Source: Candidatus Bathyarchaeia archaeon (GTDB taxonomy: Archaea; Thermoproteota; Bathyarchaeia; 40CM-2-53-6). From it: a stretch of DNA of 64,000 nucleotides. The stretch is from positions 64,001 through 128,000 of the forward strand of contig JBEKVV010000003.1 of the NCBI GenBank assembly GCA_049513715.1. The letters are read 5' to 3'. The translations under genes were made by a program, and so were the position numbers. The notes below the pieces were generated by a model. It was not told the DNA's origin, did not search any database, and saw only the letters and a list, made by a program, of their open reading frames with translations. The first letter of the stretch is position 1; every line of letters begins with the position of its first letter. Below, piece by piece: positions 45,946 through 55,813 of the stretch.

Positions 45946-48904
45946 CCAATCGCACTAATCCAAAAGCCGGCGCGATGCCCCCCACAAAGAGAACCGTTAG
46001 AATAAGCCCAACACTTGCAATCATCATCAGACTAGCCAATGCCAACAGCTCAGCTACGATGAAAACTGCGAACAATGCCATGGCAACTGTCACTGTCAAT
46101 TTCAATACCCTCCGTTTGGTTCTTGCACTAATCTTTTCCTTCGCCAGACAGAGTATACCGAATGCGGGCAACCCGACATATGCCAACCCAATCAGGAAAC
46201 TGGCGACGATGCCTGCTGTGAGCGCTGCTAACTCAGGTTGAAAGGCAAGCGTGGCATAAGAATCGGATGAGACATGCAAGATGCCGATTAGTGGATAGAG
46301 GACCTCTTTCATGGCCGTGCGTGTTGTTTCGTGCGAATACTCAAACTGAGCCACAGCCGGGCTGAAGGAATAGTACCAGGCATTGAATACGTCCATGAAA
46401 CTTGAGCCCGCAAAAGTGCGTAGGATTTGTTGGTCGCGGAAGTTGCGGAGGAACTGAACCTCAGGCGACAGCTCGGAGCCGTAAGTGGCTGTAGCTATTA
46501 GGCATGGGGAAATGCTTATCGTTATTTGATAGGTTTTCGGCGACACCTTCCCAGTCGTGTCAGTTGCGGTTACTGTGAACTGATACGTGTTACCTGGCGT
46601 GCCTCTCTGGGCCACAATCTCCAATGTCGATACCGCGTATCCACCGAGCGGAGGCGTCACCGAGGAAGGAGAAAAAGCAGCGGTCAGTGATGGGTCCGAT
46701 GGCGAGAATGCGCCAGCAAGTGTAACTGGGCTATTGAATACACCGTACGCGTTCACCGTTACCAAAATATCCACCCTCGCACCCTGCACAAAGCTCGCGC
46801 TGGTTATGGGTTCCGAGTTCCTGGTGAACGAGAGAGTAAAGTCTCGCAGTTGAGGCTGCGTCACAAGCGTGACGGTGACGGTGTGACTTGTACTTTCACC
46901 GCTGGCGGTGATAGTGATTGGAAAAGTGCCAATTGTCACTCCCAGTATTGTGCTTACAGTTAGCGTTGAACCGAAATTAGGAGCATTGCTTGCCGGATTG
47001 AACGAGGCGGTTGCCCCAGTCGGCAACCCACTAGGGCTCAGAGTGACCGTACCTGCGGTTCCGCTGACCTGTGCAACATCTAGGCCGTACGTAGCAGAGC
47101 TGCCTTCAAGCACGGTCGCAGTATCCGAACCAACAACTGAGATTTGGAAGTCGCTTGCGACTCCGCTTGTGGAACTGCTAGAGACGGACGTGGTGACCTG
47201 GTTAACGATGAGAGTAATCTGGGCGGTATTTGTCTGCCCCCCACCCGTTCCCGTAATTGTCATTGGATAGCTTTGCGGAGTAGTCGTGCTGCTTGTGAAA
47301 ATCGTTAGGGTTGAAGTGAAGGGGGTTCCTGACGTCGGGGTGCCTGAAGCTGGGTTGAAGTTGTCCGTTAGACCCGAGGGCGCATTGACGGATAGCTGCA
47401 CCGACGACGCAGCACCGCTAACCAAACTAACACTAACAGTGAAAGTAGCTGACTGCCCTTGGGTTACGGTCTGCGTGGAAGCAGACGTAACCGTAACCTG
47501 AAAAGAGTTAGGGATGACTTGAACTCGCCCAATCTTGTTCGCGGAATTCGCGTTCTCAGCCACCCAGACGTTCCCTGAAGCATCCAACGTGACGGATTGC
47601 GGTTGTGAACCCGTGCTTGTTAGTGGGTACTCGTATGCTCCATTCAAAGCATTGCCTGGGGTCAAAGTGTTCGTTGGCCCAGGGCCTTGTACATTAACGG
47701 TTGGACTAGTGCCAGGTGTGCTTGGACTACTCAAAGTGCATTGGTTGGCTCCTGACCCATTTGAGCTACTCGGATTGCATGTCAGGACTGTTGGAGCGGT
47801 TGTACCTATTGGCTGCGGACAATTTCCTCCGCCGCTGGTGAGTGTGCAGAGACTAGTGGGGACTATTTGAGTAGGCTGCGAAAACGTTGTGTCAATGAAG
47901 CCTATGTTTCCAGAATTGCTTTCCGGAAACCAAAGCCTATTGTTCGCAGAATCCATTGCTACGGCTGTAGGCTTCGCGCCACCAATCCCCCCGAAAAGAT
48001 TGTAACTACTTAACGTGTCCGTGGGGCCTATGACTGAGATTTGATTCGTGTTACTGGATGAGAAGAAAACCTGATTGCTGTTACATGTGGTACCACTGCT
48101 GGAGCATGTGGCAGGCGTCGCAACGATGCCGGCAGGGCTATGATGCGCAGAGACGCCAAGAGTGCTAATGTCGTATAATACCAGCTGACCGGTGCTTGTG
48201 TTCAATCGTCCGATCTTATCCCCGAGGAGTTCGGTAAACCAAACGAGCCGGTTGGTGCCGCTCTGTGAATTTACCACCTGAACTGAAATTCCCCAGACTC
48301 CCAGATTCCCAAGATTATTGTTTGAGCCTGCGCTCGTTGTGGCGCCGGGGAGTGTCCATTCGGTTAAAGTGTTCGAACTTGGGTCTAAGACTCCGATTAT
48401 GTCACGACCTGACTCGGGGAAGTACATTACGCCTTGGTCATCGACAGCAATGTTCACCGGATTGCTCCCACCGTGTAGCTGATACTCCGTGAACCGATAT
48501 GGCGTACCAGTGTTGTTGTCGAAAAAGGCAACCTTATTCGAAGAGCCCTCGGTGAAAAAGACCCGACTCGATGAGTAACCGGTAAGGGCAACAGTTCTGA
48601 CGGCAAGACCTCGAGGGCTTGAGCTAGGCGTATTCATTTCATAAAATGTGTTTGTAGTTGGGTCCAGCATTCCAAGTCTGTTTGTTACGTTTTCAGTGAA
48701 CCAAGTCTTCCCGTAGGAATCGACAGCTATACCCCAAGGGCCAGCATTGCTCGATGGCACCTGCCATTCCTGGAGGCTTAGGGTGGGACTGGTCGCCTTC
48801 GCTTCTGGCAAGGGAACGATCGGGGAAGCAAACATTGCAATCATGATTATGATTAGCAGAATCCTTTTCGAGTTCAGGAACGACCTAGAGAACATGCTCC
48901 GCAC
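45929..48904 (-). CDS. Surface protein: Vgb-lyase-like beta-propeller, Ig-like repeats, CFI-box-CTERM
   Basis: Repeated P.GIAVD..G..WFTE; CLIATATYGSELSPEVQFLRNFRD; C-terminal TMs. Confidence 0.88.
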   Translation of the reverse strand: MRSMFSRSFLNSKRILLIIIMIAMFASPIVPLPEAKATSPTLSLQEWQVPSSNAGPWGIAVDSYGKTWFTENVTNRLGMLDPTTNTFYEMNTPSSSPRGLAVRTVALTGYSSSRVFFTEGSSNKVAFFDNNTGTPYRFTEYQLHGGSNPVNIAVDDQGVMYFPESGRDIIGVLDPSSNTLTEWTLPGATTSAGSNNNLGNLGVWGISVQVVNSQSGTNRLVWFTELLGDKIGRLNTSTGQLVLYDISTLGVSAHHSPAGIVATPATCSSSGTTCNSNQVFFSSSNTNQISVIGPTDTLSSYNLFGGIGGAKPTAVAMDSANNRLWFPESNSGNIGFIDTTFSQPTQIVPTSLCTLTSGGGNCPQPIGTTAPTVLTCNPSSSNGSGANQCTLSSPSTPGTSPTVNVQGPGPTNTLTPGNALNGAYEYPLTSTGSQPQSVTLDASGNVWVAENANSANKIGRVQVIPNSFQVTVTSASTQTVTQGQSATFTVSVSLVSGAASSVQLSVNAPSGLTDNFNPASGTPTSGTPFTSTLTIFTSSTTTPQSYPMTITGTGGGQTNTAQITLIVNQVTTSVSSSSTSGVASDFQISVVGSDTATVLEGSSATYGLDVAQVSGTAGTVTLSPSGLPTGATASFNPASNAPNFGSTLTVSTILGVTIGTFPITITASGESTSHTVTVTLVTQPQLRDFTLSFTRNSEPITSASFVQGARVDILVTVNAYGVFNSPVTLAGAFSPSDPSLTAAFSPSSVTPPLGGYAVSTLEIVAQRGTPGNTYQFTVTATDTTGKVSPKTYQITISISPCLIATATYGSELSPEVQFLRNFRDQQILRTFAGSSFMDVFNAWYYSFSPAVAQFEYSHETTRTAMKEVLYPLIGILHVSSDSYATLAFQPELAALTAGIVASFLIGLAYVGLPAFGILCLAKEKISARTKRRVLKLTVTVAMALFAVFIVAELLALASLMMIASVGLILTVLFVGGIAPAFGLVRLARREA

Positions 48905-49353
48905 ACACCCGACTTGGTTTTGCGTGTATAGTAAAGGTTTGACCTATTAAGAAAAGTCCTCTAGCAGATTTGAGGCAAATAGGCCGGTTTTGGGAATGGA
49001 AACCATACTATTCTGACACAATTTGGAAAGGCGTACGCGCTGGCATGAAATGAACATCGAACACCCCAAGACTGAGGCCTCTTCGAGGTCAAGATGCGAT
49101 TCGTAATCTACACCTAGGCAGACGTGTAGGTGGAGGAGGATATGCTCGTTGTTGTTGTGGTTGTCGTGGATCAGGAGGTGGACGTTGCGATCGAGCATAT
49201 GGACACCCAACACACTTGGAGAACACTAACTCGCTTCTGTGACATTCCCTTGGCAACTAGGTGGCGCCAACCTCCAAATTCACGATGTAAACTCAATCGC
49301 TTCGATCTTTCCCTTCCAACTCGGGTCCTATTCGCTACACCTAAAGAAGCCGT

Positions 49354-51288
49354 TTGAAGAAGATTACACCTGACCAGAGTAGACTAGCTTTGGACCAAAC
49401 GGGCTGTCCCAATCGTGGGAGGGGGCGCAGGGTTCTGTTCTGCTTCTATGTGGCCCTCGTTATCGCGTCCAGCCTAGCGGTCATGTCCACTGTTATTCCA
49501 AGTCTCTTGGCCACGTTCAGCGGGTCAGAGGCGCAACCTGTCTTCGTGGGCGCGAACACTAGTGAATGGTTGCTCGACGGCAGTACATCAGCAAGAATCG
49601 CCGCTAGAGCCATAATCTTCGACACATATTCCTACACGTTATCAGTTTCGCAGCCCCTGCCGATCATGCAAGGGCAAACTGCAGTTTGCATTGTGTCCGT
49701 GAATCTGCTCAGCGGTGTTTCTCAGCTCACTCAGCTCACCGTCACCAACGTCCCATTAGGGTTGACCGCTAGCCTTGGCCAAACATCCGGAACACCGAAC
49801 CCTACATTTCAAACAATATTGACTATTGCTAGCTCGACTTCAATAGCGCCGGGTACTTATCAAATCACGGTCCAAGCTCAGTCGGGCAGCGGCGGTGGAA
49901 CTAACACCCAGACCGTCTTCATCAGCCTAACTGTCCAGCAAGCTACAACAACAACGTCTACATCGATATCCGTTTCTACTACGCACACAACTAGCACATC
50001 CACAACATTAACTAAGATTACTACAACAACACCTCTAATCACGTCGACTTTCACGGTGATCACTCCGTTTACGTCGACTTCAACGTTAGTCAGCACCTCA
50101 ACGACTAGGATTAGCACATTGGTCTTCACGGCAGTAACGCGAAACTTGCAAACAATGACGAATCTTGTGATAGCGACTGTGGCGACAGCAACTTCAACAA
50201 CGTATACTCAAAGCGCGTCGAGATCAACTACAACTAGGTTAAGCTCTTACACAACGACATCGGTCACTCGAACGTCTGCGACGCTAACTCAAACAATCTC
50301 ATTCACCCTGAAGAGTTTGTTCACAACGCCCGCCACGTCAACGACCACGCAGACCCTGTCGTCAATAGCGCCTACGACCACGTCCACGACATCTACGACG
50401 ACTGTTCCAGCTACTTTGACGGTTCCATCAACAGAGTACAGCACGACTTTTACCGGCATTTCCACCTCAACCTCAACGTCAACTCAACCGTCCACCACGT
50501 ACACCTCGACCACCCTTACCTCTTCTACAACCAGCTCACTGCCCAGCGTGTCAACATCCACGAGTTTCGTATCAAGCATGAGCACACTTAGTGTGACAAG
50601 CACCACAACGCAAACGCAGATTATCTATGTGTTAGCGTACGTGACTTCCGTTGCGTGGACATCTTTCACTGGGAACCCGTCGACCACAGTCATAACCACA
50701 TTATCCAAGGGAATTACGACGATTTTGACCAGTACGTTTTCAGTGATTTCATCGCAACTAACAACTTTAACCTCATCTACGACATCCACTTCCTCATCCA
50801 TTTCCACAACCACTTCGTCCCAAACTTCCACCTCGACTTCAACCACAACGTCAACCTCGACAAGCAGCACGACCACAACGACTACTGGCTACGTTGCCCC
50901 AAACAGTTGCACGCTGGCGGTGATATTACTCCCCAATGCTACCGGCACCGTCCCAGTGACCGTTACGTTTGCCGCGTACGCCATATCCAGCGGAAGCTCG
51001 GTTTCGTACAACTGGTTCTATGGCGACTATTACGGTGCCCAAACTACTAGCGTATCGATCGTGACTGGCCCGATGGCAACGTATACGTATCTCAACGCGG
51101 CGAATTACACCGCCGCTGTTCAGGTGCATGATTCTAGTGGCTGCTTCGCCCAATCTCACGTTGCCATTAACGTACTGAGCGGGGTGATACCGGAATTTGA
51201 CACCGGCATTTTCGCGGTATTCGCGGTGGGGCTCGTTTTGGTGCTCACTTTCGCCAACAAGATCAAGCGCGAACCGAGCCTGGATTAG
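49354..51288 (+). CDS. Thr-rich surface glycoprotein with PKD-like domain and PEF-CTERM
   Basis: SYNWFYGD PKD-like motif; IPEF+TM+KIKR. Confidence 0.82.
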   Translation: MKKITPDQSRLALDQTGCPNRGRGRRVLFCFYVALVIASSLAVMSTVIPSLLATFSGSEAQPVFVGANTSEWLLDGSTSARIAARAIIFDTYSYTLSVSQPLPIMQGQTAVCIVSVNLLSGVSQLTQLTVTNVPLGLTASLGQTSGTPNPTFQTILTIASSTSIAPGTYQITVQAQSGSGGGTNTQTVFISLTVQQATTTTSTSISVSTTHTTSTSTTLTKITTTTPLITSTFTVITPFTSTSTLVSTSTTRISTLVFTAVTRNLQTMTNLVIATVATATSTTYTQSASRSTTTRLSSYTTTSVTRTSATLTQTISFTLKSLFTTPATSTTTQTLSSIAPTTTSTTSTTTVPATLTVPSTEYSTTFTGISTSTSTSTQPSTTYTSTTLTSSTTSSLPSVSTSTSFVSSMSTLSVTSTTTQTQIIYVLAYVTSVAWTSFTGNPSTTVITTLSKGITTILTSTFSVISSQLTTLTSSTTSTSSSISTTTSSQTSTSTSTTTSTSTSSTTTTTTGYVAPNSCTLAVILLPNATGTVPVTVTFAAYAISSGSSVSYNWFYGDYYGAQTTSVSIVTGPMATYTYLNAANYTAAVQVHDSSGCFAQSHVAINVLSGVIPEFDTGIFAVFAVGLVLVLTFANKIKREPSLD

Positions 51289-51449
51289 AGCACGTTGTAT
51301 TCTAAGGCCGGATAAGGTCTAGGTTCGGGTCGGCATTCTTCGATGCGTTCCTCTGCACATCGAAGGTGCGGAATCACCTAGCCGACCGTGCTAAGCAGGA
51401 ATGCCAGCGAGAAGCTTTGTAGAGTGAGGCTCAGACGCGGAGTAGGGGC

Positions 51450-51974
51450 TTACTCTGTTTCTGTTTTGCGAGCCTGCCTTCTACGTACAATCAGGCCCAT
51501 AAGGCCCACGAGCAAGCCCACCAGAATTGCTTCAATCGGAAAGCCCGGTATCCCAATTGGAAGGAAAACACCTGCAGTAGTGGTCAAGACCGAGATGAAT
51601 GTGATGGCTTGCGTTAACGATGCTCCGATGGTCTGGGTAATCGTCGATTGAAAGCCACTTGTAATCGTCCACGTGTAGGTTGTGGTGGCCTGTATGAAAG
51701 TCGAAAGAATCGTTGTCGAAGTGGTCAGGGTTGATGTGTACGTGATGAAGGACGACGTGCTGGTTGTGCTTGTGCTTGTGGTGGACGTGGAGATCGAAGT
51801 TGTGGTCGACGTAGCTGAAATCGATGAGACCGCTGAAGTACTTGTCGTGGTGGTTGTTGAGACAAAGGTTTGCAGTGGACCCAGGCTCGCAGCCACCTGA
51901 CCATTCAATGGCAACGCACCCAAAAGCGCGAAGCCAAGTATGAACACGCAAAATGCAGTGTCGCGCTTCGACAT
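51450..51974 (-). CDS. Thr-rich membrane-anchored protein with PGF-type C-terminal sorting signal
   Basis: Signal peptide; IPGFPIEAILVGL+TM+RRR. Confidence 0.8.
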   Translation of the reverse strand: MSKRDTAFCVFILGFALLGALPLNGQVAASLGPLQTFVSTTTTTSTSAVSSISATSTTTSISTSTTSTSTTSTSSFITYTSTLTTSTTILSTFIQATTTYTWTITSGFQSTITQTIGASLTQAITFISVLTTTAGVFLPIGIPGFPIEAILVGLLVGLMGLIVRRRQARKTETE

Positions 51975-53086
51975 CAACTCACCAGCCTCCTTACGATAAC
52001 CCAACCTAGAAGTAACATCATTCCTAATAGGCCAACATAATCAGGCGCCCCAGCGCTGGCGGCTTGCGCAACAGCCCCCGTAATGAAACCGGAAACAGTA
52101 ACGGTAGTGGGAACTGTAATAGATATGAACACGGTTCCACCAGTCGTTGTCACGTTAAACTGAAAAGTGCCTAGGGGTGAAATTGTGATTGAGGTTGTGG
52201 TCGGCCCCACAACAGTAGATGACGAGTAGATTGTGTATGTTACACTTGTGAGACCAGTGGAACTGAACGTTGTAGTGCTGAACGATGTTGAAGTTGCCAT
52301 CAAGGTGGTGGAAGTTATTGTAGTGGTAGAAACGGTAGTGGTCGAAGTGAACGATGTGGAAATGGATGTTGAGGTTACCCCCCCAACAATCACGATGCTA
52401 GTGAACCCTATATCTATCGGGACCGGGGGATTACCTCTATTCCCATTAACTGTCACAGTGTATGTCCCAAAATCAGAAGGTGTAATCGAGGGTACGGTGA
52501 ACGACCCCTGAATCCCTCCGCTCCCCGGGCCCGTAATTGAGCAGGTCCCATGTGTAGTGATGGGAGTGTTTACTGATATACTACAAAATTGGTCTAGAGG
52601 ACTGAAGCCTGAACCTGTCACGGTCACGAAAAACGTTGGACCCACTTGGTTAGGCGAGACCGAAACAGTAGGCGAAGTAACCGTGAAAGTTTTCAGCGTC
52701 GTAGCTCCGGTGATAGTTCCGGTTACAGTAATCGTGTAGGTTACTGGATTGATACCGTAGGCGACAGTGAATTGGCATCCCGGACTAATGATTCCGGTTC
52801 CGACCGGGATGTTGCACGTGTCGTTTACAGCGAGGCCTGTGGGGTTGCTCGGAAAAGTGAGACCTGTTTCTAACGGGCCCCATCCTGAACCGGTCACGGT
52901 GACGACTGTGCCTACCGGGCCAGAAGTTGTCGAGAAAATGGCGGTTCCTCCTGCAACAGCGAAGGCCGGAGGTTCAACATTCGAAAGAGTGATGACTATG
53001 ACGCTCATCAACACAAGCATGAGTACGAGTGATTCTTTCTTACGTCTCTTGGTCAATTCACGAATTCTCCAATACCTATGTGACAC
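51974..53086 (-). CDS. Surface protein with two IPT/TIG-like domains and Thr-rich stalk
   Basis: GPVGTVVTVTGSG and VTVTGSGFSP repeats; C-terminal TM+RR. Confidence 0.8.
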   Translation of the reverse strand: MSHRYWRIRELTKRRKKESLVLMLVLMSVIVITLSNVEPPAFAVAGGTAIFSTTSGPVGTVVTVTGSGWGPLETGLTFPSNPTGLAVNDTCNIPVGTGIISPGCQFTVAYGINPVTYTITVTGTITGATTLKTFTVTSPTVSVSPNQVGPTFFVTVTGSGFSPLDQFCSISVNTPITTHGTCSITGPGSGGIQGSFTVPSITPSDFGTYTVTVNGNRGNPPVPIDIGFTSIVIVGGVTSTSISTSFTSTTTVSTTTITSTTLMATSTSFSTTTFSSTGLTSVTYTIYSSSTVVGPTTTSITISPLGTFQFNVTTTGGTVFISITVPTTVTVSGFITGAVAQAASAGAPDYVGLLGMMLLLGWVIVRRLVS

Positions 53087-53362
53087 TCAGTGAGAGGGTA
53101 GCCTAACTCCAATACCAATGCTTGGGCATTGACGTTTCCAAGCTAATATATTGTTTCTTAGCTTGCTTTACAGTAACATGTCTAATTCCAAAGCACAAAC
53201 AGGCTCCACTTGAGCCTTACAGAACGAAATTCCGCTCACAGACGCCCAAAACACCAAAAGAACCCCAAAACACGCCAATCAGGAACTCCACAAACTACGC
53301 GTCGATACAGCCCGTCTACGCCGCTTTGAATCGTTTTTGGCAACTTGTACGATTGTTCCACA

Positions 53363-53713
53363 TTACTTGAGTTCCTTTCTACATTCTTCTAAGCGGTCTA
53401 CTGCACGGCGTAGATGCAGTATCGTAATTGAACCTCCTACTACGAGTGCAACATTGAATGCTTCAAAGAATTCTGGATCGGTTACTCCCTCCTCAACACA
53501 TCGGGTTACATGGTAGGTGACGCAATCGTCACACCTGAGAACCATCGACGCGACAAGACCCATCAGCTCCTTTGTCTTAGTTGACAGCGCACCTTCCACG
53601 TACGCTCGCGTGTCCAGGTTGAAGAACCGTTGAATCTGCAAATTTCCCGAAGCAAGGATCTTCTCATTCATCTGCTCCCGATACTTCTTGAACCCGTCTA
53701 GGCTTCCATGCAA
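53363..53713 (-). CDS. Carboxymuconolactone decarboxylase/AhpD family protein
   Basis: GALSTKTKELMGL..RCDDCVTYH. Confidence 0.92.
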   Translation of the reverse strand: MHGSLDGFKKYREQMNEKILASGNLQIQRFFNLDTRAYVEGALSTKTKELMGLVASMVLRCDDCVTYHVTRCVEEGVTDPEFFEAFNVALVVGGSITILHLRRAVDRLEECRKELK

Positions 53714-53794
53714 AGGATAAACACCCTGCCCAACTCCTCCTCGTGAAAATGGCGTACGTGCACATTAAGGACATGCACACCTAGCCGATGTCAT

Positions 53795-54079
53795 TTAATG
53801 GGTATTTTCATTGACCTCTGCTGATTCATGTTTCCACTTTTCTTGACGTCTGAGGCTGTGGTCGCAGGCCACTTTGAGCCTTAAGTGGTCAATTTGTAGG
53901 CGGCAAGATTCGTGGATAGAATTGGATTGCCCATATTGCGCTTTGAACCCAACCTCATTTTCCTGAATATCCAAAACCTGTTCAGCTAGGCTTTGGAGTA
54001 GTTCACAGTTCCCGCCACATCTGCAGCGCGGCGACGAATCAATCAGAATCCGCAACCGGTCCAATGCTTCTTGTTCCAT
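53795..54079 (-). CDS. Hypothetical Cys-containing protein
   Basis: ATG ORF with upstream TTAAA; no family recognised. Confidence 0.45.
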   Translation of the reverse strand: MEQEALDRLRILIDSSPRCRCGGNCELLQSLAEQVLDIQENEVGFKAQYGQSNSIHESCRLQIDHLRLKVACDHSLRRQEKWKHESAEVNENTH

Positions 54080-54389
54080 GAGTTCAGTTGTGAAGAATTT
54101 AGTGTTTAACCCGGAAGTTGCTCACTTGAACAACCCAGAGCACTCGCAAACTGTAAGAAGTTGCACACTGAGACTTCACCGAAAGTGTCTCCAACCAACA
54201 ACAACGTGGCTATAAGCCCCCGCCAGCGACCGCTTACTAGCCGTAACAGAAGGTAATGACGTTACCCTTGCAAGGTAACGGTACGTCTTCGTCAGCCCGA
54301 AAGGGCTGTTACCAATCGTCTGCTAGATCATTGAGGCCCACTTTAGAACTAGTTGGGAATCACCGATTAGAAACTCATATCTGCAAATC

Positions 54390-54645
54390 TAAGGGACTAG
54401 TAAATGGAGAACCACAAACGCCAAACGAAATTGCCGAGGTCATAGGCATGAATCAGAAAACTGTTCAGATGGCTCTCATGGAGCTAGTAAGCACGAAGCC
54501 AGATGTCGCGGGGATCTTTGCAACGCAATACCCGATTCCAGAATTTGGACCAACCAATATCTCATTGACTGCAGTGGTTATTGCATTCGTCTTATGCTCC
54601 ATTGCTTTTCTGAGGAGAAGAAACGTCTACACGCAAACCTGCTGA
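54390..54645 (+). pseudogene. Chimeric remnant: wHTH fragment fused to PEF-CTERM tail
   Basis: EPQTPNEIAEVIGMNQKTVQMALMEL followed directly by YPIPEFG+TM+RRR. Confidence 0.5.
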
Positions 54646-54669
54646 GAAGAATCGGAAGACTCTCATTTC

Positions 54670-54697
54670 GTGTGGTGCCTATGGTGCGCACACAAAC
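54670..54697 (+). repeat. Dyad site
   Basis: GTGTGGTG-CCTA-TGGTGCG-CACACAAAC. Confidence 0.82.
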
Positions 54698-54808
54698 CTA
54701 AGACCATCATAGTTTCCAGTCGTTCTCAGCTTTGTAAGTACAATAAATAAAGTAGCTTGGGAACTGTAATAAGTTTAGAGATAGCTATAATGTTCCGAGG
54801 AAGGTCAA

Positions 54809-55609
54809 ATGAGAAGACTACTACTAAAAGCGGTTCTGGCTTTCGCTTTTCTACTCTTCACCTACCCGCTTGCGTCCGCACAAACAGACCATCCGGTAGC
54901 TTCTCCGTTAACAACTCAAGTCACCCTAGATGGCAGGTATACTACTGCCTCCGAATGGACCGACACCTCCGAGTTCCCCATTGAGGTGGGTGTCAGGGGA
55001 GTTGTGGCTTACTTCAGCGTCAAATACGATGCAGCTTCCATGTACTCAATCTGGGATTTCGTGGAGTGCCAAAAAATGTTCCCAGGAAATCAATCGAACG
55101 GCTACTATCCAAACCAAGTCGTAATGTACCTTGATCCCTTGAGCAAACAAACTTCTAACTCAGTTGATCCGAGCATGTACCGTATCGACGTTTTTACTGG
55201 CAGTGTGCCGACAGGGACCGTCAGAGTGTCGAAGGGCACAAATTCAGGCGGATGGGCCGATTGGGATTCTTCCAACGTCGGGATTTCCAATCGTGTTCAG
55301 TATGTCTCGTCGTCACACTCTTCGGTTTCCCACATGATACTGGAACTGAAAATTCCCCTAACTTTTGCCACTCTGAAGGCTCAAATTCCAGGCAAGATCG
55401 GTATTGGAATCGAGTTCTCTGACTACTGGACAGAGGTTCATGCAAACTATCCATCTAGCTGGGGCTGGAAGGACCCAAGCTCTTGGGGCACATTGGATTT
55501 CGCGTCAGCGCCAATACCGGAATTTTCGTTCACTAGCGTGTCGTTGATCCTGTCGGTTCTGTCCGTTGCTGTGCTCTTCAGATTGAGAAAGCGATCTGTC
55601 CTGTCTTAA
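54809..55609 (+). CDS. Secreted PEF-CTERM protein (DOMON/carbohydrate-binding-like)
   Basis: Signal peptide; TLDG...EW.D, ELKIPL; IPEF+TM+RLRKR. Confidence 0.82.
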   Translation: MRRLLLKAVLAFAFLLFTYPLASAQTDHPVASPLTTQVTLDGRYTTASEWTDTSEFPIEVGVRGVVAYFSVKYDAASMYSIWDFVECQKMFPGNQSNGYYPNQVVMYLDPLSKQTSNSVDPSMYRIDVFTGSVPTGTVRVSKGTNSGGWADWDSSNVGISNRVQYVSSSHSSVSHMILELKIPLTFATLKAQIPGKIGIGIEFSDYWTEVHANYPSSWGWKDPSSWGTLDFASAPIPEFSFTSVSLILSVLSVAVLFRLRKRSVLS

Positions 55610-55638
55610 AGCAGAAGATAGAAGACAAGCATCATTCC

Positions 55639-55682
55639 GTGTGTGTGGTATCAATGGTGTGGGCACCCAAATTTGAACCGTC
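55639..55682 (+). repeat. Dyad site plus T-loop motif
   Basis: GTGTGTGTGGTA-TCAA-TGGTGTG-N9-ATTTGAACCGTC. Confidence 0.87.
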
Positions 55683-55703
55683 GTCGTTCGTCGTCGTTTG
55701 AAA

Positions 55704-55733
55704 GTGTGTGTGGGTATGCTGGTGCGAGCACAG
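55704..55733 (+). repeat. Dyad site
   Basis: GTGTGTGTGGGT-ATGC-TGGTGCG-AGCACAG; first 23 nt identical to 3200..3222. Confidence 0.9.
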
Positions 55734-55813
55734 ATTGTTATTTCCTAATTACGCCCACGTACTCGATGCCGCGCCGCTTGATTCTTTCAAGCCGAAACAA
55801 GTTCTTCGGAAGC

